Part shown: in pieces, positions 24,574-33,096 of the stretch | How the letters are laid out: each line of letters opens with the position of its first letter | How positions within the stretch are numbered: position 1 is the stretch's first letter | DNA from: an uncultured Chloroflexia bacterium | GTDB lineage: Bacteria > Chloroflexota > Limnocylindria > Limnocylindrales > CSP1-4 | Reading direction: 5' to 3' | DNA: 64,000 nt | Assembly: GCA_963849405.1 (NCBI GenBank) | Contig: CAWKHG010000006.1 | Span: 206,891-270,890 of the forward strand | Program-made: the position numbers and the translations under genes | The notes under the pieces: model-generated | Databases searched by the model: none | What the model saw: the letters and a program-made list of their open reading frames with translations, nothing else | Told to the model about the DNA's origin: nothing

Positions 24574-24616
24574 GGGCAAGGCTCCCGAGCGAAGGCGCCG
24601 GGGTGACCCGGCGCAC
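24574..24616 (-). repeat. dispersed hairpin repeat, copy B (reverse orientation)
   Basis: The reverse complement reads gtgcgccgggtcaccccggcgccttcgctcgggagccttgccc, near-identical to copy A (7661..7703). It lies between the transglutaminase-gene stop and the pgi start. Confidence 0.85.
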
Positions 24617-24657
24617 GACACGACCGACTGAGGCCCGCAGCAGCGAGAACGCGAGTG

Positions 24658-26302
24658 ATGGACCGGATCGACCAGACAGCCCGAGTGGGCCGCCCTTGAG
24701 CGGCATGCCGCGGAGCTGCGCGGCACCCACCTGCGGGAGCTCTTCGCGACCGATCCCGAACGAGGCGAGCGGCTTACCGCCGAGGCCGCCGGCCTGTTCG
24801 TCGACTACTCCAAGAACCGGATCACCGACGAGACCCTGAGCGGCCTGCGGGCGCTCGCGGAGCGTGCCCGCCTGCACGACCGGATCGAGGCGATGTTCCG
24901 GGGTGACCGCATCAACGTGACCGAGGACCGCGCCGTCCTCCACGTCGCGCTCCGCGCGCCCGAGGGCACCGTGATCGAGGTCGACGGCCACGACGTCGTC
25001 CCCGCCGTCCATGCGGTCCTTCGAAAGATGGCGGACTTCAGCGGGCGCGTCCGCTCGGGCGCCTGGACCGGCCATACCGGCCGGCGCATCCGGAACGTGG
25101 TGAACATCGGCATCGGCGGATCCGATCTCGGCCCGGCGATGGCCGTCGATGCGCTGCGCTGGTACAGCGATCGGAACATGCGCTTCCGGTTCGTGTCGAA
25201 CGTCGACGGGACGGACCTGTTCGAGGCGACCCAGGACCTCGATCCCGTCGAGACCCTGTTCATCGTCTGCAGCAAGACGTTCACGACGATCGAGACGCTC
25301 ACGAACGCCCGCTCCGCGCGGGCCTGGCTCCTCGCCGGGCTGGGGGGCGACCAGGCGGCGGTCGCCCGCCATTTCGTGGCGGTGTCCACGAACGCGGCCA
25401 AGGTGGCCGAGTTCGGGATCGACCCGGACAACATGTTCGAGTTCTGGGACTGGGTCGGCGGCCGGTACTCGTACGACTCGGCCATCGGGCTGTCGCTCAT
25501 GGTGGCCATCGGCCCCGAGCGCTTCCGCGAGATGCTCGACGGCTTCCACGCGATGGACGAGCACTTCCGGACGGCGCCGCTGGAGAGGAACCTGCCGGCG
25601 ATGCTGGGTCTCATCGGGATCTGGTACGGCGACATGCTCGGCGCCGAGACGCACGCGATCCTGCCATACAGCCAATACCTCGGCCGGTTCACGGCGTACC
25701 TCCAGCAGCTCGACATGGAGAGCAACGGCAAGTCGGTCGACCTCGAGGGGCGGCCCGTCGCCGTCCAGACCGGCCCGATCGTGTGGGGCACGCCGGGCAC
25801 GAACGGCCAGCACGCCTACTACCAGCTCCTCCACCAGGGGACGAAGCTCATCCCGGCCGACTTCATCGGGTTCGTCCACGCCGCCGAGGAGCTGGGCGGC
25901 GCGACCGGCGGCCACCAGGACCTGCTGATGGCGAACTTCCTCGCCCAGACCGAGGCGCTCGCGTTCGGGAAGACGGCCGAGGAGGTCCGGGCCGAAGGGG
26001 TCCCCGAAGCGCAGGTCGCGGCCCGAACGTTCGCCGGCAACCACCCGACCAACACGATCCTGGCCGAGCGGCTCGATCCCCGGACCCTCGGCGCCCTGGT
26101 CGCGCTGTACGAGCACAAGGTGTTCACCCAGGGCACGATCTGGGGGATCGATTCGTTCGACCAGTGGGGCGTCGAGCTCGGCAAGTCGCTGGCGGTCCGG
26201 ATCGCGCCCGAGCTCACCGCCGAAGCGGCGCCCGCCCCCTCCCACGACAGCTCCACGAACGCGCTGATCCGCCGCTATCGGAAGGGCCGGGGCCGCGCCT
26301 GA
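24658..26302 (+). CDS. pgi: glucose-6-phosphate isomerase (1 apparent frameshift near the 5' end)
   Basis: MDRIDQT.. (ATG 24658) shifts near 24680 into ..[28 protein letters not shown].. and ORF 24893..26302. Motifs include [31 protein letters not shown] and [11 protein letters not shown]. Confidence 0.95.
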
Positions 26303-26347
26303 CCGTCGATCCGCCGTAGGATTGAGTTCGACCGAAGGAGGTGCCCG

Positions 26348-26740
26348 ATGGGCCAGATCGTCGTGAACGGCGCCATGATCGCGTGCCCGATGGGCCTCCC
26401 TGGCACGGCCACGCTGACCATCCTGCCGACACCCATGGTCCAGGGCACCAATCAGCCGGTGGCCACCATCCAGGACATGATCCCGATGACGAATATCGCC
26501 ACGTTCGGGATGTGCACCTCGCTGGCCAACCCGCAGGTCGCCGCGGCGACATCCGCTGCGCTGGGCGTGCTTACGCCCCAGCCATGCATCCCGGCCACGG
26601 CCGCGCCATGGTCGCCGGGCGCGTCGACCGTCGCGGTCGGCGGCATCCCGGCGCTGACCTCGGACAGCACGTGCAACTGCATGTGGGGCGGCACGATCTC
26701 GATCACGAATCCGGGCCAGACGACGACGATGACCGGCTGA
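26348..26740 (+). CDS. DUF4280 (PAAR-like) domain protein
   Basis: 130-aa ORF with a strong SD (GAAGGAGG). MGQIVVNGAMIACPMG..ATIQD..NIATFGMCTS..NP..PCIPAT..PW.PGAS.V.VGG.PALTSDSTCNCMWGGTISITNPGQ follows the DUF4280 pattern as I recall it. Confidence 0.75.
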   Translation: MGQIVVNGAMIACPMGLPGTATLTILPTPMVQGTNQPVATIQDMIPMTNIATFGMCTSLANPQVAAATSAALGVLTPQPCIPATAAPWSPGASTVAVGGIPALTSDSTCNCMWGGTISITNPGQTTTMTG

Positions 26741-26749
26741 GCCGGCGGC

Positions 26750-27669
26750 TCAGTACCCGTCCGAGACGATGTTGATGAGCGGCTCGCCGCGGGCGTAGCG
26801 ACTGACCTGCTCGACCGCGAGGCGCCAGCAGCGCTCCTCCTGGGCGTGCACGTCGCTCGCGACGTGCGGGGTGACGATCGCCCCCGCCGCACTCCACAGG
26901 GGGTGGCCACTGGGCAGCGGCTCCGGATCGGTGACGTCGAGCGCGGCGCGCAGCCGGCCCGCCAGGACCTCCTTGGTCAGCGCCTCCGTATCGACGATGC
27001 CACCGCGCGAGGCGTTGACGAAGAGCGCCCCGGGGCGCATCGCGGCGAGGAACCTCGCGTCCACGATGCCTCGGGTCTCGGGCGTGAGCGGCAGGAGGCT
27101 GACCACGATGTCGGCGGTCGGGAGGATCGCGGGGAGCTCGGCCATCGTGTGGACGCCCGGCGGGGTCGGCGTGCGATGCGGACGACCTTCGCGCCGAAGG
27201 GCGCCAGCCGCGCCTCGACCGCCGAGCCGATGCCGCCCGCCCCGACGATGACGACCGTCGCGTCGACCAGGTCCGAGCCGGTCAGCCGCTCCTCGCGCCA
27301 TTGGCCGGCGCGCTGACCCTCGAGGTGCTCGGGGAGGCGGCGCTGGGACGCGAGGATGACCGTCATGACCCATTCCGCGACCGCGACGTCATGCACCCCC
27401 GCCGCGTCGCACAGGATCACCCCCAGTGGCACGCGCCCGATGATCGAATTGACCCCCGCCGAGAACGCCTGGATGACGCGCAGGCCCTCGATGTGCGCGG
27501 CATGGTCCATGGCCCGTCCGGCGTCGTCGGCCAGGACGAGGATGTCGCCGCGGCCCACCACCTCGGGGATGGGCCCGTCCGGCGGGAACAGGTGAACGGT
27601 GGCGATCCCGGCGAGCCGTTCCCGCTCGACTTCGGGCGATCGCTCGGGGATCCAGACGTCGGGTCGCAT
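26750..27669 (-). CDS. D-isomer-specific 2-hydroxyacid dehydrogenase family (1 apparent frameshift)
   Basis: ORF 26977..27669 (..VVIVGAGGIGSAVEARLAPFGAKV..) joins ORF 26750..27373 (..ADIVVSLLPLTPETRGIV..FVNASRGGIVD..DVTDPEPLP..IVTPHVA). The frame break is near 27178. Confidence 0.85.
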
Positions 27670-27683
27670 CGCGCTCCGAGCCC

Positions 27684-28451
27684 TCAGAGGGCGCCGGCCG
27701 GTCGGGCCTCGGCTGCCGGCTCCGCGGCGGCCAGTGAAGCGAGATGCTCGGTGAGGTTGTGGGCACGCAGGATGCCCCGGCCGTCACGGAGCTCGACGAC
27801 GGTGATGCCGCACAGGGCGAACGGGAAGGTCCAGAACCGGTCCAGCGGCAGGTCGAGGAGGGTCAGGAGCGCGACCTTGAAGATCCCGTCGTGGGCGACG
27901 AGGAGCGTCCAGGGAGCGTCCGCGACGGCCGCGCCCGGATAGCCCGCGACCGCCGGCGGCCGCTCGCCCGGGATCCGGCCGCGACCCGCTTCGGCGAGCC
28001 GAGCGACAACCCCACCGAGCGCCTCCCGGACACGGACTGCCGCGTCGAGCACGCGCTCCCCGCCGGGAGCGTTCGCCACCAGCGGCTCGCGGCGCCAGGC
28101 AGACAGCACGTCGCCGTCCTCGGCCTCGATCTGCGATCGGTGGGTGCCCTCCCAGCGGCCCTGACCGATCTCCGCGAGGCCCGCCTCCGCGCGGATGGGC
28201 ACCGGGCCCTCCCGCGCGGCGATCGCATCCCCGACGGCCCGCGCAGTCGCGGCGGCTCGTCCGAGCGGCGAATGGACGATCTCGAGGGGCGGCATCGGCG
28301 GGATCGGCAGGGCGGGGGAGCGCCCCGGATCCGCGAGCCGGGCGGCCGCCAGCGCCGCCTGCCGCTCGCCGAGCGGCGACAACGGCGAGTCGGCCGCGCC
28401 CTGGAAGCGGCCCTCCACGATGAACGTCAATTCGCCGTGCCGCAGCAGCAC
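27684..28451 (-). CDS. histidine phosphatase superfamily protein (phosphoglycerate-mutase-like)
   Basis: ..VVLLRHGE..EGRFQG..DSPLSPLGERQA.. and ..LLVAHDGIFK.. supply the catalytic RHG and a second His. The ORF-track start at 28607 belongs to the serA tail, so I take GTG 28451. The start is uncertain. Confidence 0.75.
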   Translation of the reverse strand: MLLRHGELTFIVEGRFQGAADSPLSPLGERQAALAAARLADPGRSPALPIPPMPPLEIVHSPLGRAAATARAVGDAIAAREGPVPIRAEAGLAEIGQGRWEGTHRSQIEAEDGDVLSAWRREPLVANAPGGERVLDAAVRVREALGGVVARLAEAGRGRIPGERPPAVAGYPGAAVADAPWTLLVAHDGIFKVALLTLLDLPLDRFWTFPFALCGITVVELRDGRGILRAHNLTEHLASLAAAEPAAEARPAGAL

Positions 28452-28498
28452 GACGACGGCCGAGAGGTCGCCGGGCAGCGTCAGGCCGCCGTGCTCGC

Positions 28499-30103
28499 TC
28501 AGCGGTCGGCGCCGAGCCGGATCGACCAGAGCTCGACGACCCCGTCGCTCGAGCGGATCGACTTCGACGATCGTCTCCGGGACCTCGTCGTCGAGGGCCA
28601 GGATCATCAGCGCGTCCTGGCGCGGACCGGAGCCGGGCGAGGTGCATCGCGCTGATGTTCACGTCGGCCCCGCCGAGCATCAGCCCGATCCGGCCGACCG
28701 TCCCCGGCCGGTCCGTGTGGTGGGTGACGAGCATGAACTGCGCCGGGGCCATGTCGAGGCGGTAGGCGTTGAGCCGGGTGAAGCGCGACTCGCCGCCGGC
28801 CACGGTCCCGCCGACGGTCGTCGTCATGCCCTTCGCCTCGCCCGACAGGGTCAGTTGGGAGGCGAACGCGCCCGCTTCGGCCGTCTTGCGCTCCACGATC
28901 GTGATGCCGCGCGCCTTGGCCAGCGCCCCGGCATTGACCAGGTTGACCCGTTCGGTCGTGACGGTCTCGAGCAGGCCGCGGAGCACGGCGGCGGTGAGCG
29001 GCGACGCGTCGTAGCCGGCAAGCTCGCCGCCCACATCCAGGGTGAGCACCTTGACCCCGCGCCGGGCGAACTGGGCGAAGAAGCGGCCCAGGGTCTCGGC
29101 GAGCGGCAGGTACGGGGCGATCGCCGCGGCCGTCTCCGGGGTCAGCAGCGGCGCGTTGACCGCGTAGCGGGCCGGCCGCCCGGCGAGCACGTCCACGATC
29201 TGGGCGGCGACCTCCTCGGCGACCCGCGACCTGCGCCTCGGCCGTCGAGGCGCCGAGGTGCGGGGTCAGCAGCGTGTTCGGGGCGTCCAGCAGCGGCGAG
29301 CGGGGGTTCGGCTCGAAGGGCGGCTCGTGCTCGAAGACGTCGATCGCCGCACCCGCGACTGTCCCGGCCGCCAGCGCATCCGCGAGGGCCGCCTCGCTGA
29401 TGATCCCGCCCCGGGCGACGTTGAGCAGCAGGGCCGTCGGCTTCATCATCGCGAGCTCGCGCTTGCCGATGAGCCCGCGGGTCTGCCGCGTCAGGGGCAC
29501 GTGGACCGTCACGACGTCCGACCGGCGCAGGAGGTCCTCGAGCCCGACGAGCTCGATGCCGTGGAGCGCGGCCTGCTCGGCGGTCACGAACGGGTCCTGC
29601 CCGAGGATCGTCATCTCCATGGCCCGCGCCCGGTCCGCGATGGCCTGGCCGATCTTGCCGAGGCCGACGATGCCCAGGGTCCGCCCGCGCAGCTCGACCC
29701 CGGTGAGCCGGCCGCGGGCCGCCTTCCAGTCGCCGGCCCGCACGGCCGCGTCACCCGCCGCCACTCGGCGGGCAAGCCCGTAGAGGAGCGCCAGCGTGTG
29801 CTCGGCCGCCGCGATCGTGTTGCCGGTGGGCGCGTTGACGACGACGATGCCGGCCCGGGTCGCGGCGTCGAGATCGACGTTGTCGACGCCCACGCCGGCC
29901 CGCCCGATGACGACGAGCCGGGGTCCGGCCGCGATGAGCCCTGCGTCGACCTGGACCTGGCTGCGCACGAGGAGCGCGTCGTAGTCGCCCACGATCGCGC
30001 ACAGCTCATCGCGTGACAGGCCGATCCGCTCGTCGACCTCGTGATGGGCTCGCAGGAGGGCGAGACCCTCGCCGGCGACCGATTCGGCGACGAGGACCCT
30101 CAC
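28499..30103 (-). CDS. serA: D-3-phosphoglycerate dehydrogenase (3 apparent frameshifts)
   Basis: VRVLVAES..GRAGVGVDNVDL..GIVGLGKIGQAIA..NVARGGII..TPHLGAST comes from ORF 28607..30469. The substrate-binding and ACT parts come from ORF 27784..29196, the start of ORF 27684..28607, and a final frame reading ..IRSSDGVVELWSIRLGADR*. Frame breaks lie near 29218, 28640 and 28560. Confidence 0.9.
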
Positions 30104-31288
30104 GCGCCGACTTCGATGCCGCTCGTCACTCCGAGCGCCTCGAGCCCCGCCCGCTGCGCCGCCGCGACCCCGCTCCCGGGGACGACCGGCCGGCCGATCG
30201 CTGCCAGGCCCTCCTCGATGACCCCGATGCAGGAGATGATCTCGTCGAGGGTCACGGTGCCGAGGTGGCCGATCCGGAAGACGAGGCCGTTGAGCTTCGC
30301 CTGGCCGCCGGCCACGACGAGCTTGCGCGCCTTGAGCGCGCTGTTGAACGCCTTCCAGTCGAGGCCCTCGGGCAGCCAGGCGCAGGTGACGGTCTCCGAC
30401 GCGTGGGCCGGATCGGCGAAGCGCCGGAAGCCGAGCGCATCGAGGCCCGCCCGGGTCGCGGCCGCGCACGCCGCGTGGCGGGCGAAGACGGCCTCGGGGC
30501 CTTCGGCCGTCATGAGGCCGATGCCCGCGTCGAGCTGGAACAGGACGGCGATGGCCGGGGTGAACGGGGTCTCGCCACCGGCCATGCTCTCGCCGGTACG
30601 CCCGCGACGTCGAGGTAGAAGCGCGGCATCCGGGCCTCGTCGGCGGCCGCCCAGGCCCGCTCCGAGAAGCTCAGGAACGCCATGCCGGGTGCGGCCATCC
30701 AGCTCTTCTGCGAGCCCGACACCGCGACATCGATGCCCCAGGCGTCCTGCTCGAACGGCACGGCGCCCAGGCTGGAGACGCCGTCCATGAGGATGAGCGC
30801 GTCCGGGGCGCTCTCCCGAACGGTCGCCGCGAGCTCCCGGATCGGGTTCATGACCCCGGTCGAGGTCTCGTTGTGGGTGAGGAGCACGGCCTTCCACGGG
30901 CCCGCCGGCGGCGAGTGCCTCGCGGAGCGCGGCCGGATCGGCGGCCTGGCCCCACTCGACGTTGAGCATCGTGACGTCCGCGTCGTACACCGAGGCGATG
31001 CCGGGCGAACCGGTCACCGAACGCGCCGATCGAGACGGCCAGGACCTTGTCGCCTGGCGACAGGGTGTTGACGATCGCCGCCTCGAGGCCGCCCGACCCG
31101 GCGCACGTGATGATCACGACGTCGTTGGTCGTCCCGAAGAACGTCTTGAGTCCCGAGGTCACCCGCTCGAGCATCCCCGCGAACTCCGGTCCGCGATGGT
31201 TGATCATCTGGCGGGCTCCGGCCTCGCGAACGACCGACGGCAGGCTTGTCGGGCCGGGGATCCGAAGGTTGGTCTCGAAGCGGTTCAC
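30100..31288 (-). CDS. class-V (PLP) aminotransferase, serine-glyoxylate/phosphoserine aminotransferase-like (3 apparent frameshifts)
   Basis: Fragments are ORFs 30848..31288 (MNRFETNLRIPGPT..), 30100..31017 and 30510..30887 (..THNETSTGV..DVAVSGSQKSWMAAPG, the PLP-Lys motif). The GTG start is preceded by GGAGG. The stop overlaps the serA GTG (GTGA at 30100..30103). Frame breaks lie near 31020, 30895 and 30600. Confidence 0.85.
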
Positions 31289-31395
31289 GGCGGCGGGCCT
31301 CCTGGGCGGGCGGGTGGCTCGGGTCGAGCAGCGGCGTTCGCGGGATGGTGTGACGGGCCGGACCGATGCTACCCGAAGTGCCGCTTCGAGGGGTC

Positions 31396-31401
31396 TACAC
31401 T
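31396..31401 (+). promoter_or_regulatory. -10-like box TACACT, 7 nt upstream of ATG 31409 (leaderless-type promoter)
   Basis: The sequence reads ggtcTACACTcgtcccgATG. There is no Shine-Dalgarno between the box and the start. Confidence 0.4.
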
Positions 31402-31408
31402 CGTCCCG

Positions 31409-32077
31409 ATGGACGCCCCGAAACCCGAAGCGCCGGTGAGTGCCTGCCCGAACTGCGGCACGCCGCGCGGTCCGTACGACCGGTTCTGCACGGGCTGCGC
31501 CGCCGACCTTGGCGCGCCGGGGTCGCCGATCGGGATCGTCGGCACGCTCGGGGTCATGAACGTCGCCGGGCCATCGTCGCGCCAGGACCGGCCGCAGGGC
31601 TCCGCGCCGGCCGTCCCGCGCTCGCTGGTCGGCTGGGTCGTGCCGGGTTCGCGTTCGCGGCCGCTCGCGCAGGCTCCCGCGGCGCCGATCTCGGCGGCGA
31701 GCCAGCTCGGGGCGATGGGCCGCTATCCCGCGACGCCGGCCATCTCCGGCGGGGCATACCGGCTCTGGCGGACCCTCGGCATCATGAACCGGCTGATCGC
31801 GGTCATCTGGCTGGTCATCCTGCTCGCGGCACTCGGCTCGTACCTCGCCAGTCGCCCGGATGCACCACGGCTCGTCACCTTCATCGCCGTCATGGTCGTG
31901 GTCGCCGTGCCGTCCCTGCTCCTGTGGGCCACGGCGCCCGGCCTCGTGCGCGGGGAACCCGCGTGGCTGCGATCGGTCGTCCTCATCGAGATGCTGACCG
32001 TCGTGTTCTTCACGTTCGGGCTCGCCATCGTGCCGCTCGTCCTGATCTTCGTCTTCGCCGGCGACGAGCCGGGCTAG
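31409..32077 (+). CDS. zinc-ribbon membrane protein (hypothetical)
   Basis: MDAPKPEAPVSACPNCG..(10)..FCTGCAA is an N-terminal zinc ribbon. The C-terminal half has 3-4 hydrophobic helices. This is the tail of ORF 30962..32077. Confidence 0.65.
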   Translation: MDAPKPEAPVSACPNCGTPRGPYDRFCTGCAADLGAPGSPIGIVGTLGVMNVAGPSSRQDRPQGSAPAVPRSLVGWVVPGSRSRPLAQAPAAPISAASQLGAMGRYPATPAISGGAYRLWRTLGIMNRLIAVIWLVILLAALGSYLASRPDAPRLVTFIAVMVVVAVPSLLLWATAPGLVRGEPAWLRSVVLIEMLTVVFFTFGLAIVPLVLIFVFAGDEPG

Positions 32078-32724
32078 CGCTTCAGCAGCAAGCGCTCCAG
32101 CGCGTCGGCGTACCAGCGCTCGAAACGGATCCCGCTCCAGCCGCGGTCCACGACGAGGTGCCGGTAGGTCTCGGGACTGCCGATCGCGTACAGGATGTCG
32201 GCGGCGGCGGCGAGGTCCAGGCCCGGACGAAGCCCGCCTGAACCCACGACGAATCCGAGCAGCGCTCGCTGGCCGGCGAGCCGCTGGGCCTTGCCCCGGG
32301 CCCAGAGCGCTGCGACCTCGGGATCCGCGGCCGCACCACCCCGAACGACCTCATCGATCGCGGCGCGTCGCTCGAGGATCCGCCGTCCGTTGCGGGCGAG
32401 GATCTTCACCCGTCGCGCGGCGTCCGGTTCGCGCCGGAGCTCCTCGACCCAATGCTGCTCGAGGATGGGCGCCGCGTTCGGCCCGCCTGCGATCGAGACG
32501 TCGACGACCTCGGCCAGGACGGCCCGCTTGTTACCGAACGTTGCGTAGATCGTCTCGGGGGAGACGTCGGCGCGTTCGGCGATCGCGTCGATGGTGGTGG
32601 CCACATACCCACGTTCGATGAACAGGTCCCTGGCGGCGTCCAGGACGCGGCCCCGGGTGGCTCGCGCCCGCTCCCGACGGCGCGAGAAGTCGGGCTGGCT
32701 CGTGGGCTTGACAGGTCTGGCCAT
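32074..32724 (-). CDS. TetR/AcrR-family transcriptional regulator
   Basis: Intact 216-aa ORF. ..RGRVLDAARDLFIERGYVATTIDAIAERADVSPETIYATFGNKRAVL is a TetR N-terminal HTH. Confidence 0.9.
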   Translation of the reverse strand: MARPVKPTSQPDFSRRRERARATRGRVLDAARDLFIERGYVATTIDAIAERADVSPETIYATFGNKRAVLAEVVDVSIAGGPNAAPILEQHWVEELRREPDAARRVKILARNGRRILERRAAIDEVVRGGAAADPEVAALWARGKAQRLAGQRALLGFVVGSGGLRPGLDLAAAADILYAIGSPETYRHLVVDRGWSGIRFERWYADALERLLLKR

Positions 32725-32727
32725 GTG

Positions 32728-32765
32728 GCTACAGTATCACAGTATCGATACAGTGACACTGTAGC
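32728..32765. promoter_or_regulatory. 38-bp near-perfect palindrome, probable TetR operator in the divergent promoter region
   Basis: GCTACAGTATCACAGTATCGATACAGTGACACTGTAGC is self-complementary at 34 of 38 positions, centred on GTATCGATAC. It starts 4 nt from the TetR ATG and ends 22 nt before GTG 32787. Confidence 0.7.
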
Positions 32766-32786
32766 TACCACCGAGAGGAGCGACCC

Positions 32787-33078
32787 GTGCCCGTCGTGCA
32801 GATCGAGCATCCCATCCGCGATTTCGCAACCTGGAAGGCGGCCTTCGACCGCGATCCCGTCCAGCGCGAGGCGTCCGGCGTCACGAGCTATCGGATCTAC
32901 CGGCCCGTCGACGACCCGCGGTACATCGCGGTGGACCTCGAGTTCGAGACCCGGCCCGAGGCAGAGGCCTTCGAGCAGGGCACTCCAGGTCATGTGGCGC
33001 TCTCCCCAGGCCGCCCCGGCGCTTGGCGGGACCCCGCGATCGCGCATCGTGGACACGGTGGAGAGCCGGGTCTACTGA
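32787..33078 (+). CDS. small conserved-looking hypothetical protein (~97 aa; 1 apparent frameshift), divergent from TetR
   Basis: The GTG start is preceded by GAGAGGAG. MPVVQIEHPIRDFATWKAAFD..YIAVDLEFETRPEAEAFEQ continues in ORF 32452..33078 as ..ALQVMWRSPQAAP..IVDTVESRVY. The frame break is near 32975. It has an alpha+beta-barrel-like size, but the family is not certain. Confidence 0.55.
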
Positions 33079-33096
33079 CCCCTGGCAGCCCCGGCC

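Noticed and set aside
26348-26740. A T6SS or contractile-injection locus around the DUF4280 gene
   Set aside because: The neighbouring genes are pgi and a 2-hydroxyacid dehydrogenase. No VgrG, sheath, tube, baseplate, ATPase or toxin/immunity-like ORFs are present anywhere in the 64 kb.
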